Assembly: GCA_963840855.1 (NCBI GenBank)
Contig: CAWJBB010000040.1
Span: 256,001-320,000, forward strand
Reading direction: 5' to 3'
DNA: 64,000 nucleotides
Source of the DNA: an uncultured delta proteobacterium
GTDB taxonomy: Bacteria; Desulfobacterota; Binatia; UBA9968
Shown one piece after another: positions 31,332 through 42,314 of this stretch. Both the position numbers and the translations under genes were made by a program. The stretch's first letter is position 1, and the number at the start of each line of letters is the position of its first letter. The notes beneath the pieces are model-generated. The model was given only the letters and a program-made list of their open reading frames with translations. It made no database searches and was not told the DNA's origin.

Positions 31332-31709
31332 TTAAAAGACCGGGTTGGTTATAGAATCATCTATCACCTGCAACAAGTCGTGAGCGGAAAACGGTTTGGA
31401 CATAAGCGGAGTCCCCAATTTCGCGGCGATCTCTCGCAATGATTCGTCAGCAAAGGCAGAAATAAGAATTACCTTTACTTGGGGCTTATTCTGTTTCAGC
31501 GTCCAAGCGATCTCGGTACCAAGCAGCATGGGCATGCGAACGTCGAGAATAAAGAGATCGTAACAGGGGTAAGACTGGGATTTTTTCAAACCTTCCAGGG
31601 CATCTGTGGTCCAGACGACCTGCATCCCTTTGCTTTCTAATATCTCAGCCAAAAACTGGCAGAAAGTCTCGTCGTCCTCTACGATCAGAACCCGCACTTG
31701 AGCCTCCAT
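31332..31709 (-). CDS. Stand-alone response regulator receiver
   Basis: VLIVEDD, ILDVRMP, ISA, SKPF. Confidence 0.9.
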   Translation of the reverse strand: MEAQVRVLIVEDDETFCQFLAEILESKGMQVVWTTDALEGLKKSQSYPCYDLFILDVRMPMLLGTEIAWTLKQNKPQVKVILISAFADESLREIAAKLGTPLMSKPFSAHDLLQVIDDSITNPVF

Positions 31710-31729
31710 TTGCTTACTACCTTTGGAAA

Positions 31730-31745
31730 CGCAATAAGCATGCCG
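31730..31745 (-). promoter_or_regulatory. Possible sigma54 -24/-12 promoter for the receiver gene (very close to the start codon)
   Basis: CGGCATGCTTATTGCG. Confidence 0.55.
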
Positions 31746-31858
31746 TTTGTGGGTAAGCACGCGGTAAGAATTTGCGTCGAGAGCTTCTTTTACCGTAGGA
31801 TAGGAGAGCCCTAGAGGGATGGCGAGGTTAGCTATAGGTTGAGAAATGAGACTTTGTC

Positions 31859-33247
31859 TTACTGCCCCTTAAAAGGTTCTATCTTCCAGCGCGCCAGCAT
31901 ACGGTAAAGGGACCGCCGGTCGACTTCCAGCATCTTTGCGACGCGGGAGATATTTCCCTGGGCACGGTTCATGACGTAGAGGACGTAACGCTTTTTGACC
32001 TCCTCCAAGCTCGGTATGTCCGAAAACAGAAATTGCTCATCCCCCTCACCACCATAAGAGGCCGTCGAAGCCAAGCCCTCGCGTATCTCTTGCGGTAGAT
32101 CCTCCAACGTCAGTATGGGCTGGTTGGAAAGCACCACAGCTTGCTCGATGACATTTTCGAGCTGCCGGATATTTCCTGGCCAAGAATACTTTTGTAGCCT
32201 TTCCATCACCTCCTCTGAGATACCTGTAATGGCCTTGCCAGCCGCTTGGCTGTACCGCCTGAGGAAATTTTGTGCCAGTGCCACGATATCTTCTGGCCTC
32301 TTCCTTATCGGTGGCAGACAGATGGTAACCACTTTTAACCGGTAGTATAGATCCTCGCGAAACACTCCATTTTTCATCAACTCGTCCAGATCCTTATTGG
32401 TCGCTGCCAGGACTCGCGCGTCTACCTTGATCCATTCTTTTCCCCCTACGGGTCTGACTTCCTCCTCTTGCAAGACTCGCAGGAGCTTCGCTTGCATGTT
32501 AGGGCTAATGTTTCCGATCTCGTCGAGAAAGCACGTGCCACCGTGAGCCTCCTGAAATACACCCTTCTTATCGGCGACAGCGCCAGTAAAAGCACCCCGC
32601 ACGTGTCCGAACAGTTCACTCTCGAGCAGCGTCTCTGTGAGGGCCCCGCAGTCCACCGCCACAAATGGGCGCTGCGCCCTGGTGCTATGTTGGTGAATGG
32701 AGCGGGCAATCACCTCTTTCCCCGTGCCACTTTCCCCAAGGATCAGCACCGTGCTTTTTGTTGGCGCCGCCCTTGCTACCATTTTGAATACCTCAACCAT
32801 GGCCGGGCTTCTCCCTATGACGGTTTTCTGCGGCTCGGCACCATCAATTTGCTCAACCTTCGTCCCGGCCTGAGCCTGCAACTTCTTCTGACCTAACGCC
32901 CGGGAAACAATTTTCTTCAGCTCTTCCAGGTTCATGGGCTTCGAGACGTAATCGTAGGCGCCCTCCTGAATCGCCTCGACTGCCGTTTCTATCGAGCCGA
33001 ACGCGGTCATAACGATAACTGGCAGCGATGGTTGCTCTTGCCGCATTGTCCGGGTTACCTCGAGCCCGGTGATTCCCGGCATTCGCACATCGACCAGCAG
33101 CAAATCGTAAGATTCCTTTCGCAGGCGATCGAGCGCCTCTTCACCGCTGTGGGCTTGGTGTGTCCTATGGCCATCTCCCTCGAGCACTTCGGCGAAAAGC
33201 TGGCAGCTCACCTCGTCATCATCGACAATCAGAATGCGCGCTTGCAC
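31859..33247 (-). CDS. Sigma54-dependent response regulator (AtoC/ZraR-like)
   Basis: Receiver, [27 protein letters not shown]. Confidence 0.95.
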   Translation of the reverse strand: MQARILIVDDDEVSCQLFAEVLEGDGHRTHQAHSGEEALDRLRKESYDLLLVDVRMPGITGLEVTRTMRQEQPSLPVIVMTAFGSIETAVEAIQEGAYDYVSKPMNLEELKKIVSRALGQKKLQAQAGTKVEQIDGAEPQKTVIGRSPAMVEVFKMVARAAPTKSTVLILGESGTGKEVIARSIHQHSTRAQRPFVAVDCGALTETLLESELFGHVRGAFTGAVADKKGVFQEAHGGTCFLDEIGNISPNMQAKLLRVLQEEEVRPVGGKEWIKVDARVLAATNKDLDELMKNGVFREDLYYRLKVVTICLPPIRKRPEDIVALAQNFLRRYSQAAGKAITGISEEVMERLQKYSWPGNIRQLENVIEQAVVLSNQPILTLEDLPQEIREGLASTASYGGEGDEQFLFSDIPSLEEVKKRYVLYVMNRAQGNISRVAKMLEVDRRSLYRMLARWKIEPFKGQ

Positions 33248-33251
33248 GGCT

Positions 33252-34475
33252 TCACCCGTTCGAGAGAGAGCGGCCAGCGGCCGGATCGGTCGGAAGAAAG
33301 ATCTCTACCGTTGTACCCTTTGCGACTTGACTGCTGATCGCTATCTTTCCTCCATGTTCCTTGACGATCTCCTGACAAACAGCGAGCCCCAGGCCGGTCC
33401 CGCTGCCGGGAGTCTTGGTGGTCATGAAAAAGTCAAAAACTCTAGGCAGCAGGTCTGGCGGAATGCCGGCCCCGGTGTCTGTGATCTCTATGAGAATGCC
33501 CGAACGGTGCTGCTCCGTCGCTTGAGCGATCCGAGTCGCAATCGTGATTCTCCCTTCTTGCTCCACAGCATCTACGGCATTGTTGAGCAGGTTGATCAAC
33601 ACCCGCTGTAGTGATCCACTATGGGCGTTAAGCGAAGGTAATAACTCCGCCAATTCGGCAATCACATTCACACCCTTCTCTGCGAAAACGGGTCTGAGAA
33701 GGAGCAGCGTCTCCTTTACCAACTCGTTTAGGTTGACAAGACCGCGCTTGCTGGTAGATCCACGAGTGCGATCGAGGTAATATTGCACGATAGCTGCCAT
33801 GCGTTGGACTTGACTCTCTATGGTTTTCACATGGCGGCGAGCTTTCTCGGGCAACTCCTCTTGGGCTAGGAGTTGGGTGTATCCAAGCACGGAGTTTAAC
33901 GGCGTGCCCAGCTCATGTGCAATGGCGCCGGTCATCCAACTTAAGGCTGCCACCTGTCCCACGCGCGCCATTTCTTGCTGCAGGCTCCACAGTTCCTTGT
34001 TGCGCTCAACTAATTCCCGGGTGACCTCATCTGAACTTTCCTTTGCCCCTTTGCGCTCTAAGTGCAGCTGCAACATTTCTGCGAGAGAATCAAGCAGGCT
34101 TTTCTCCTCTTCGAGAAACGGAGGCTTGGTTTGACTCGGTCTTTCTGGATAAGTGATTTCCACTAAGCCGTGCTTTCCACCGGCCGTTGTGAAACGTGCG
34201 CATTGTGTCCAAGGAGTGGAAACGAAATTTGTGGATCTATATTCCATCCCATCAAACACGATGCGTGCGGTGGCAAGCTCCGAGTGCTCCCAAGCCGTGG
34301 GAAGAATCGCAACGATTTGCTGGAGCAAGATCGGGATCGTTCTCTCCGGATCCTGGAGCAAGTGCGCTGTGTAATGGAGGGCGGTGAGCTCTTTGACCCG
34401 TTCCTTGAGATCGTGGAGAAGCCTTTGCTTTTCCTCCTCAACTTTCCTGTGCTCACTCATATCCTGAACCGGCAT
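33252..34475 (-). CDS. Cytoplasmic sensor histidine kinase
   Basis: AHELGTPL, NLLNNA, DTGAG, GTGLGL; GAF-like N-terminus; no TM segment. Confidence 0.92.
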   Translation of the reverse strand: MPVQDMSEHRKVEEEKQRLLHDLKERVKELTALHYTAHLLQDPERTIPILLQQIVAILPTAWEHSELATARIVFDGMEYRSTNFVSTPWTQCARFTTAGGKHGLVEITYPERPSQTKPPFLEEEKSLLDSLAEMLQLHLERKGAKESSDEVTRELVERNKELWSLQQEMARVGQVAALSWMTGAIAHELGTPLNSVLGYTQLLAQEELPEKARRHVKTIESQVQRMAAIVQYYLDRTRGSTSKRGLVNLNELVKETLLLLRPVFAEKGVNVIAELAELLPSLNAHSGSLQRVLINLLNNAVDAVEQEGRITIATRIAQATEQHRSGILIEITDTGAGIPPDLLPRVFDFFMTTKTPGSGTGLGLAVCQEIVKEHGGKIAISSQVAKGTTVEIFLPTDPAAGRSLSNG

Positions 34476-34616
34476 GATGGAAGGTAATGGTCTACCATGC
34501 TTATCGGGCTTAAGACGCGAGCAACTATATCCTTGCCCGTTAGGTGAAGCAATGCCGGGTTGAGGTTCCTACTTTACAAACGTTGAAGCGGCCGCACAAA
34601 CGATCAGCCTTTCTGT

Positions 34617-34792
34617 TTATCCAAACTGGTTGCTCGGCTTCTTGAACGACGAGATTTGTACCGCCAGCCATGCGACCAACGCAGCAGTGAGCATAATCAA
34701 AAGAATCGCCAACACCGCGACCATCGCTCCCCCAACAAAAGTTAGAAGAAGGTAAAAAAGAATCTGCATGAGCTCTGTCAGTTCTGATGCCA
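34617..34792 (-). CDS. Putative small membrane peptide
   Basis: MASELTELMQILFYLLLTFVGG... with a long uninterrupted hydrophobic run. Confidence 0.35.
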
Positions 34793-34975
34793 TTTGAATA
34801 GAATGTGTGAAAACTTGACCTTTTTTGCTACAGACGATTTCAAGCGCGTGTTGAGAAGGGCTTCGTGGTGAGTCTTTCCACCAAACATCATATGGGCGGT
34901 CACGGCATGCGAAATGCCCACCCTTCGACCGTGCCAAAAAAGCCCCATGGTCTTTCGCCTTCTTGGGAGGTCGCG

Positions 34976-35551
34976 TTATTTCGCCTCTTTCCAGTAAAAC
35001 TCTTCTTGCTGTTTCTCTAATCTCTTCTTTTCCTCCGCATCCGCGACGTAGAGGCCATTTATGACCTTTATGTTTTCCGGTTCATAGAAGTTCTTCGAAA
35101 GTTTCGCTCCCTCGTCGAACTCGTACATCTTGATCGCGTCCCACGGGCAGACCTTCTTGTCCAGCCGGTCTTCGGACTCTGCGCCTATAAGCTCGATCTG
35201 AAACTTCTTCGGCACTTTGTCCGTCTCAAGCGGCCGCTTCGAGCTATCGTAGTATCTACCCGCATACTCCAGAAATATTTCTCCAGTTTCCTTATAGCGG
35301 TGAACCTTGGTTAAATCGTCGCTGTAGCACATCTGGCAGCCGATGCACTTGTCATTGTCCACCCATACGCGATACGGTTTCAGCCCGCCGTTGGGTGTTT
35401 CCTCATAAAGCAAATTGATGCAGCCCTCCACCGGACAATGCGGTTCACAAAGAGGCGCGCCCGCGCAACTGGTGCAGCTTTCGTCCATAACCGCAAGCAG
35501 CGGCGTCCCTTTGCGCTTGTGCTTCGGTGGGTCTTCAATTCGACGTTCCAT
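34976..35551 (-). CDS. 2[4Fe-4S] ferredoxin-like protein with a large insertion
   Basis: CTSC-x5-CxxxCP and CIGCQMC...CPWDAI. Confidence 0.75.
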   Translation of the reverse strand: MERRIEDPPKHKRKGTPLLAVMDESCTSCAGAPLCEPHCPVEGCINLLYEETPNGGLKPYRVWVDNDKCIGCQMCYSDDLTKVHRYKETGEIFLEYAGRYYDSSKRPLETDKVPKKFQIELIGAESEDRLDKKVCPWDAIKMYEFDEGAKLSKNFYEPENIKVINGLYVADAEEKKRLEKQQEEFYWKEAK

Positions 35552-35590
35552 TTTCCACCATCCGTTTATATCGTTTCGCTTCCGACAGTG

Positions 35591-35606
35591 AGCAAGAACC
35601 GTGCCC
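35591..35606 (-). promoter_or_regulatory. Sigma54 -24/-12 promoter for the ferredoxin-like gene
   Basis: GGGCACGGTTCTTGCT. Confidence 0.7.
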
Positions 35607-35779
35607 GACGCTATTGCGGATTGAAATTATCAGGCCTCAAACAGCAACAGGTCTTTTTTCACGCGACGGGTGTCGCCGTTTGAATTTTATGACATCGTTT
35701 TTGTCGAGCAGGTCAGGGATTTCTGGAAGGGCCGCTTCGTATAGATCCACGGGCTCCCGTGCGGGCGTCAGGCGTTGAA

Positions 35780-36233
35780 CTACGCGGCTTTGTGCGACGA
35801 GCCACTTTGCGACGACTGCGCGCCGATGACCGACGCGCAGAAATTTAACGATCCGCGGAGCTTTTCCGCCTCGTCACTGGCGATCGCAGCCAGATCCGAC
35901 ATTGAGACAATTCCGAGCAGCTTTCCGCCCTGCGCAACCGGCAACCGTTTGATCCTTCTCGCGCGCATGACATCGGCCGCGGTCACGTGGTCCTCCTCAG
36001 GCCGCAAGACCATCACCGGCCGGCTCATGTGCGCCGAGACTTTGCAATAATAAGGATCATGCGCCCGGGCCAAGCAAACGAGTAAATCCCGGTCGGATGC
36101 CTTTCACCGACCCCGCCCACGGTCACCACCAGACAGCTCACGTATTTCTCACGCATCCGCGCGCCGCAACTGCGATGGTCTCATCAGGCGCCGCCTGGAT
36201 TACCTCGCCAACCATGATCTCGTGAAGCTTCAT
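35780..36233 (-). pseudogene. CBS-pair protein, frameshifted
   Basis: MKLHEIMVGEVIQAAPDETI... joins HMSRPV...IKRLPV...LLGIVSMSDL across indels. Confidence 0.7.
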
Positions 36234-36389
36234 GCCGCTACTTCCTTGTTTTGTACTTTGTCGGCGAATATCTGGGAACCGGCGCTAGCAGTGATAATTG
36301 CCCGCCGCTTCCGGCTGATATACGATCTTCTGACTCTCAACCCCTTCAACCCTGTCGGCACTTTCCACTCCACAGTATCGCCGACTCGA

Positions 36390-36588
36390 TATCAAAAAAC
36401 CGGGTTTTCCCAATCCCCAGGATCTGCTGGATGTAGGATCTTTCGATTTCGTTATTCAGATAACGCTGGAGCATCTCTTTGACCTGACCGTCGGTAAACT
36501 TTTTATGCAACTGAGCCATAACCAGAACCTCCGTTTTTGGCTCTAATTCTGGCTTGCAAAGGAGTTCACTTTTGATTCTTAAATGACA
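36390..36588 (-). mobile_element. IS remnant: putative element end plus transposase N-terminus
   Basis: TGTCA terminus at 36588; MAQLHKKFTDGQVKEMLQRY...ILGIGKTRFF HTH-like start at 36519, then truncated. Confidence 0.5.
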
Positions 36589-37235
36589 CACCGCTTGTAC
36601 CGGAAAAAAAGTTAGCGGAACTGGATATTCCCGCAATTCTGGATCTCACGTCTAGGCTCTCAAGTTAATCGAAACTCGAAAACCGTTATGCGAAACCGCG
36701 CCGCTCACCCGAAAATTTCCGCCGGCAATAAAAGTACAAGCCGCCATGAGTCGATGCGCTCGCTGAAACTACCTCAGCAAAGAAATACTGGCGGAGCTAT
36801 TTGCTTGAACGATTTTTCCTGCACTGCAGCTCGATCTGGCGCAGGTCTCGTAAATGAGCAGCGCCGGACGCACCGGTTGGCGGCGTATTCGCCGCTGCGA
36901 GACATCGAGTTTGAATTTGCGCCCCGCCGCGCAGGACACGAACGCGAACATAGGAGCGGAGCGACTCGATGATATATTGATCAACGTGATGGAAGGAATG
37001 GCCGGAATGGGCGTGAAGCACATCAGCATTGCCACTCGTGTGGCGTCAGGCCAGGTGGAAATTCGACTTTCAAGCCGGGAACGGATGGATCCGACTGCGT
37101 TCGGCAAGCGCCGGCTCGATCTCTACAATAGAACCCTCGGGTGGCTCGGCGACAGCCTCGAATGCAACCAAGATAATCTCGGCGCTGAATTCGTCATGAG
37201 ACTGCCGGCGCTCCAGTCAATTTAATTGGCCGCGC

Positions 37236-38471
37236 ATGAGCGACGATAGAATTCGGCCCATCATTTTTTTGATCCTTCTCTTGATTCTCCCCGAGAGACT
37301 CCTTGCTCAAGACATCGTGATCGGCATGTCCGCCGCGTTTAGCGGACCCTCAAAAGGCCTCGGCGTCGAGCTTTACCGGGGTTCGACGGCCTACCTCGAT
37401 CATGTCAATCGAACGGGAGGGATTTACGGGCAGAGGATCGGGATCAAGGCCTACGATGATGGTTATAACCCCATCCCTGCCATTCGAAACACCATAAAAC
37501 TCATTGAGCAGGACAACGCATTTTTGCTTTTCAACTATGTCGGGACTCCGACGGTGACGAGGATACTGCCCCTCCTAAAGAGCTACAAAGGGAGGTTCGT
37601 CTATCTCTTTACTCCGTTTACCGGAGCCGAGCCCCTCAGGCAGCCTCCTTACGGCGAATATGTTTTTAATCTGCGGGCTTCGTACAGTGATGAAACCGAG
37701 GGGTTGGTCGATCACTTTGTCTCCGCCGGCAAAAGCAGGCTCGCGGTTTTCTATCAAGCCGATGCCTATGGAAGAAGCGGATGGGACGGAGTCAAAAAAG
37801 CTCTGGCGAAAAATTATGGTCTAAAAATGGTCGGCGAGGCGACCTATCGGAGAGGGGCTGAATACTCTCAGAGTTTCAAGGAGCAAGTCGACATCATCAG
37901 GAAAACGTCCGCGGATGTTGTTATATCTATCGGGGCTTACGCGGTCTGCGCCGCGTTTATCAGAGACGCTCGGATCGCGGGGCTCAATATTCCGATCGCC
38001 AATCTCTCTTTTGTCGGCAGTGAGAGCATGGCTGAGCTATTGCTTCAAAGTAGTCGGACCGCGGACAAGGACTATAAGAAAGATCTCATCAATTCGCAGG
38101 TGGTGCCTAGCTATCAGGATACCGCTCTGCCGGCGGTGCGGGAATATCGGCAGCTGATGGAAAAATTCCAGCCACTCCCGCCTCGGGATCTTACCGAAGT
38201 GGGATATGCACCGCTGCCCCACAGCTATGTCGGTTTCGAGGGTTTTCTTAACGCAAAACTTCTCGTTGAAGTCCTAAAACGAATGGGCCCAGGTCCAACA
38301 AAAAGCCGCATTAAAGAAACCGTCGAAAGCATCAAAAGTGCCGATTTGGGAATCGATGCGTCGGTCACTTTCGGACCGCATAAGCATCAGGGGTTGGACA
38401 AGGTCTATTACACCACAATGCAAGGGGACCGGTTTGTTCCGCTGTCGGATTGGCGGGGGTCGGAGAAATGA
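37236..38471 (+). CDS. Periplasmic binding protein, LivJ/K-like family
   Basis: Signal peptide; IVIGMSAAFSGP, YDDGYNP, YVGTPT, FNLRASY. Confidence 0.9.
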   Translation: MSDDRIRPIIFLILLLILPERLLAQDIVIGMSAAFSGPSKGLGVELYRGSTAYLDHVNRTGGIYGQRIGIKAYDDGYNPIPAIRNTIKLIEQDNAFLLFNYVGTPTVTRILPLLKSYKGRFVYLFTPFTGAEPLRQPPYGEYVFNLRASYSDETEGLVDHFVSAGKSRLAVFYQADAYGRSGWDGVKKALAKNYGLKMVGEATYRRGAEYSQSFKEQVDIIRKTSADVVISIGAYAVCAAFIRDARIAGLNIPIANLSFVGSESMAELLLQSSRTADKDYKKDLINSQVVPSYQDTALPAVREYRQLMEKFQPLPPRDLTEVGYAPLPHSYVGFEGFLNAKLLVEVLKRMGPGPTKSRIKETVESIKSADLGIDASVTFGPHKHQGLDKVYYTTMQGDRFVPLSDWRGSEK

Positions 38472-40004
38472 CCCGGGCAAGTCTCTTTACCAAAACCCTT
38501 GTGCTCATCGTTGTTTTGTTCGGCATTATTGCAAGCGCCACCTCGATTCTCTCGGGCTGGAACCTCTACCGTAATCTTACCCAAGAGTATCAAAGCAAAG
38601 GTGTGGCAATCGCAAAGAGCATCGCCGATTCGAGCGTGGAAATGTTGTTGAATGCGGATGTGTCCACGATCCAGTCTGTGGTGGACCAGTTCACCGAGAT
38701 CGAGGGAGTTTCCTATGTAATCGTCTTCGACGGCCAAGGCGAGGCCATTTCTCACACCTTTGTTCCCAACGTGCCTGGGGATGTGCTGGAGCTACAGAGG
38801 CAAACCCGAACTCAAGTCTTTAACGGCGGAGCCCGTACGAACAACTTGCGCGTTGAAGGAATGGGAGACTTCCTGGACATCGACCTTCCCGATTCTGGCT
38901 GGCGTCGCGGGATACGTGCATGTGGGCATGGATAGGTCGTTGATCCGATCGCGCATTTGGTCCGCTGTAGCGACGCAGCAAGCGGTTATGTTCATCATTT
39001 TTTTATTGAGCGTGTTGGTCGCTTATGCTTTGGTGAACCGGATCTCTCGACCGCTCAAACAACTCGCGGCCCACGCCGGGAAGCTGGCGACGCAGGACTT
39101 TTCCAAACCGGAGACTGGACCGTCGGACATCGGTCACTTGCCCGCCAATTCTCGCGACGAAGTAGGGGAGCTGGCGAAATCTTTCATCAATATGGAGTGC
39201 TCGCTGAGGCAGTCCGTCAAGGAACTCAAGGAGACAACGGCGGTCAGAGAACGGATTGAAAGCGAGCTGAAAATTGCCCGCGACATCCAGATGAGCATGG
39301 TGCCGAAGCTATTTCCTCCGTTTCCGCTCAGGCCCGAGTTTGACCTTCATGCGACGCTGGTTCCGGCACGGGAAGTGGGGGGAGACTTTTATGATTTCTT
39401 TTTCATCGATGACAGCCACCTCTGTTTCGCCATCGGCGATGTATCTGGTAAAGGGATTCCCGCAGCTTTATTTATGGCCGTGACCAGGACCCTTTTTAGG
39501 ACTACTGCCGGCAAAGTGAGCCGGCCGGATGAAATTTTATCTTTGTTGAATCGCGAGCTGTGTCGGGACAATGATTCATGCATGTTCGTGACCGTTTTTT
39601 GCGCCGTTTTGGATACTCGCACAGGAGAGGTGGAATACAGCAATGGCGGCCACAATCTTCCTTACTTTATCAGCCGTGATGAGACCAAGCTTTTGAAGAA
39701 TACCGGCGGGATGGCGCTGGGTATTAAGGAAGACGCGACCTTCCGGTCGGAGAAACTGCAGCTTAAGGGCGGGGATCGACTTTTTCTTTACACAGACGGT
39801 GTAACCGAAGCGATGGATGAGGACGGGAATCAATATTCCGAACCTCGTTTGGAGGATTTTTTACATCAAGCCAACGGTTCTTCCGTATCCGAGATCATCC
39901 ACGGCGCAGTCGAGAATGTAAGGAGCCATTCTGCCGGCATTCCCCAGTCGGACGACATTACCGTCTTGGCCTTGAAATTCTTGCTGAGAGCGGCGCAGTC
40001 ATGA
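38468..40004 (+). CDS. Membrane HAMP-PP2C (SpoIIE/RsbU-like) phosphatase, frameshift near 38885
   Basis: Two TM segments, HAMP, EVGGDFYD, GDVSGKG, YTDGVTEA, DDIT. Confidence 0.85.
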
Positions 40005-40413
40005 GTGAAGTCATCGCGGTGGAGCTTAAAAACCAGCTCTTCGAGATTGAGCGGCTCGCGCGCATAGTCGACGATTTCGGGCGACGCCATCAAATCGCGG
40101 CGCAAATCATCTACAACATGAAACTCGCCTTGGACGAGATTCTGACCAACGTTATCTCCTATGGCTACGACGATGCCGGGGAGCATCAGATTACCGCCCG
40201 CTTCTCCCTGGAACAGGGAAAATGGACCGCTGAAGTGGAGGACGGCGGGAGGCCTTTCAATCCTTTAACGTCCCCTGAGGCGAACACGCAACAATCACTC
40301 GGGAGCGCGTCCGATCGGCGGTTTGGGAATTCATCTCGTGCGCAAGTTGATCGATGAATTGGAATATCGCAGGCAGAACGACAAAAACCGCCTGGTTATG
40401 AGAATGAAATCTG
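40001..40413 (+). CDS. RsbW/SpoIIAB-like anti-sigma kinase, frameshifted near 40300
   Basis: LALDEILTNVISYGY, EDGGRPFNP, then GGLGIHLVRKL in another frame. Confidence 0.8.
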
Positions 40414-40427
40414 AAAGGACCTTAACC

Positions 40428-40764
40428 ATGAACATTCACGAAGAGAGAAACGACGGTGTGCTTATTATCGGTCTGGAAGGACGGCTTGACGCCACCAGCT
40501 CGAAGATGTTTGAGGAAAAAACTCTCGCGACGATCGATGCGGGAGAGACACGGCTTGTTATTGATCTCTCCCAGCTCGACTATGTCAGCAGCGCGGGGCT
40601 CAGGGTCTTTCTCCTCGCGTCCAAACGATTGAATCCGGCAGGGGGTCAAGCTTGTGCTTTGCTCCTTGCAGGAACCCGTCAAGGAAGTCTTTGAAATCGT
40701 CGGCTTTTTCTCCGTTCTTTCGATACTTGGTTCCAAAGATGAGGCGTTGAAAAGCTTTCGGTAG
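40428..40764 (+). CDS. STAS anti-anti-sigma factor (RsbV-like), frameshift near 40646
   Basis: EGRLDA, DLSQLDYVSSAGLRV; then KLVLCSLQEPVKEVFEIVGF. Confidence 0.85.
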
Positions 40765-40813
40765 CTCGGCTCTTTCTTTAACTACCGTGTTCGCAGTGAA
40801 AGACATACGACGG

Positions 40814-42128
40814 CTATCGGAACTCGAACTCTTCGGTGATAATCCGATCGGACGGTATACCGAGCGCCCGGAACTGCCGGGCAAGATCCGAAACGAAGTT
40901 TAGTTGGCCGCACAGCATGACCGCGTAGTTATCCAAGGGCGCGATCTCCGCGGCAATTGCAGCGGCGGTGATTCTTCCCTGGCGCGCCGTTGCCCACAAT
41001 ACGTAGTCAACGTAGGACTCCGCATTCAAATAACTCTGGCTAATTTCCGAATCGTAAACTGCGTCGGCATTGTCGCGGACAACGTAGTAAAGCCAGATCC
41101 TCCGGAAATCCCGATTACTAAGTTCAAAAGCGAGCATGCCGAGAAATGGCGTGATGCCGACGCCTGCGCCGATGCAGACAAGGCGACGGAAACGAGCGAA
41201 GCGGTGCGGGGTGAAGCCACCGAACGGACCATAAACTTCCACTTGCTTGCCGGTTCGAGCGAGACGAGACGGCGTGTAAAATCTCCGATCATTCGGATCG
41301 ACAAGCGCAGATCCCGATCAACCGGAGAAGAGGTGAGGGAAAATGGATGAAGTTCTTTCTCCGCCCCTTCCAAATCCGGCACGCGCAGGAAGACAAAAGT
41401 CCCGGGTTCGTACATCATGCGCCGGTCGACCGGACGCATCACAAGTTCAACGATATTGCTCCCCCGTGAAGCGACCGTTTCGATACGGTAATAATAGCGT
41501 GGCCCGAGTCGGTCGAACAGCAGCACGCGATAGAGCCACGCGGCTCCACCGGCCAGTATGAGAATCACTATCCACGTCCTCAACGGCTCGAAATCCGCTA
41601 TCGTTCCAGGTTCCATGGCCGCATGCGCAGTGCCGGCGAGAAAGAGCGGGCCGAGAAACCGATGGATAAACAGCCAGCGCTCGTAGCTCATACGGTGATC
41701 GTAGGCAAGGCCTCCTAGCAGTAAGAGCAAATAGAAAGCGAGAATATCGATCGAACGTGCCGACTGCGACCAAAAAGGGATGAACAGATTACCGATGGAA
41801 GTACCATACTAAGTTGTGCAAGAGCCAAAAAAATTACATGGACGACGAGCAGAACGATCGCTGATGGCCCGACGATTCTGTGGAAACGTACGGCCCGATC
41901 GAGACCGCCAAAAACCGGCTCGAAGGCGTGGGCGCGCACAACTGCGATCATGGCGATCGCCATTAAAGTTACCGACCAGAGAATGGTAAGCTGTGAAAGC
42001 GCACGCCAGGGCAGATAGTCAGGCGGCATCGGACCGGGGAATCGGGCAGCAGCCCAAAGAACAGTCGTGATTGTCATACACCCAACGGTCACAATCCAAC
42101 TCAGTTGATGGGTGGGAAAGATTCTCAT
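40814..42128 (-). CDS. Ferric reductase-like membrane flavocytochrome, split into three ORFs by frameshifts
   Basis: FGGLDR..FH, WLFIH, HPFSLTS, GVGITPF, LCG. Confidence 0.8.
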
Positions 42129-42314
42129 AAAGCTAAGCTGCCGGTTCGAGAATTGATGGCATTCAATCAGTTGGATGAGCGCCAGAGTTCACGCACCAAT
42201 TTCGGATTTTGATGAACTGACGCAGCAAAAGCTCGGGGCGGTTGAAACAACGACTGCGGCGGCTCCGAGCGACGAAATCAGGCCAACTGAGTAGACCGTA
42301 TCTAGGTGCCGAGA

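Noticed and set aside
36688-37225. ORFs upstream of the binding protein
   Set aside because: No recognisable family; 36854-37225 might be a kinase-tail remnant but support is too weak
40323-40694. Apparent RsbW-STAS fusion
   Set aside because: More simply explained by indels; STAS has its own RBS and ATG at 40428
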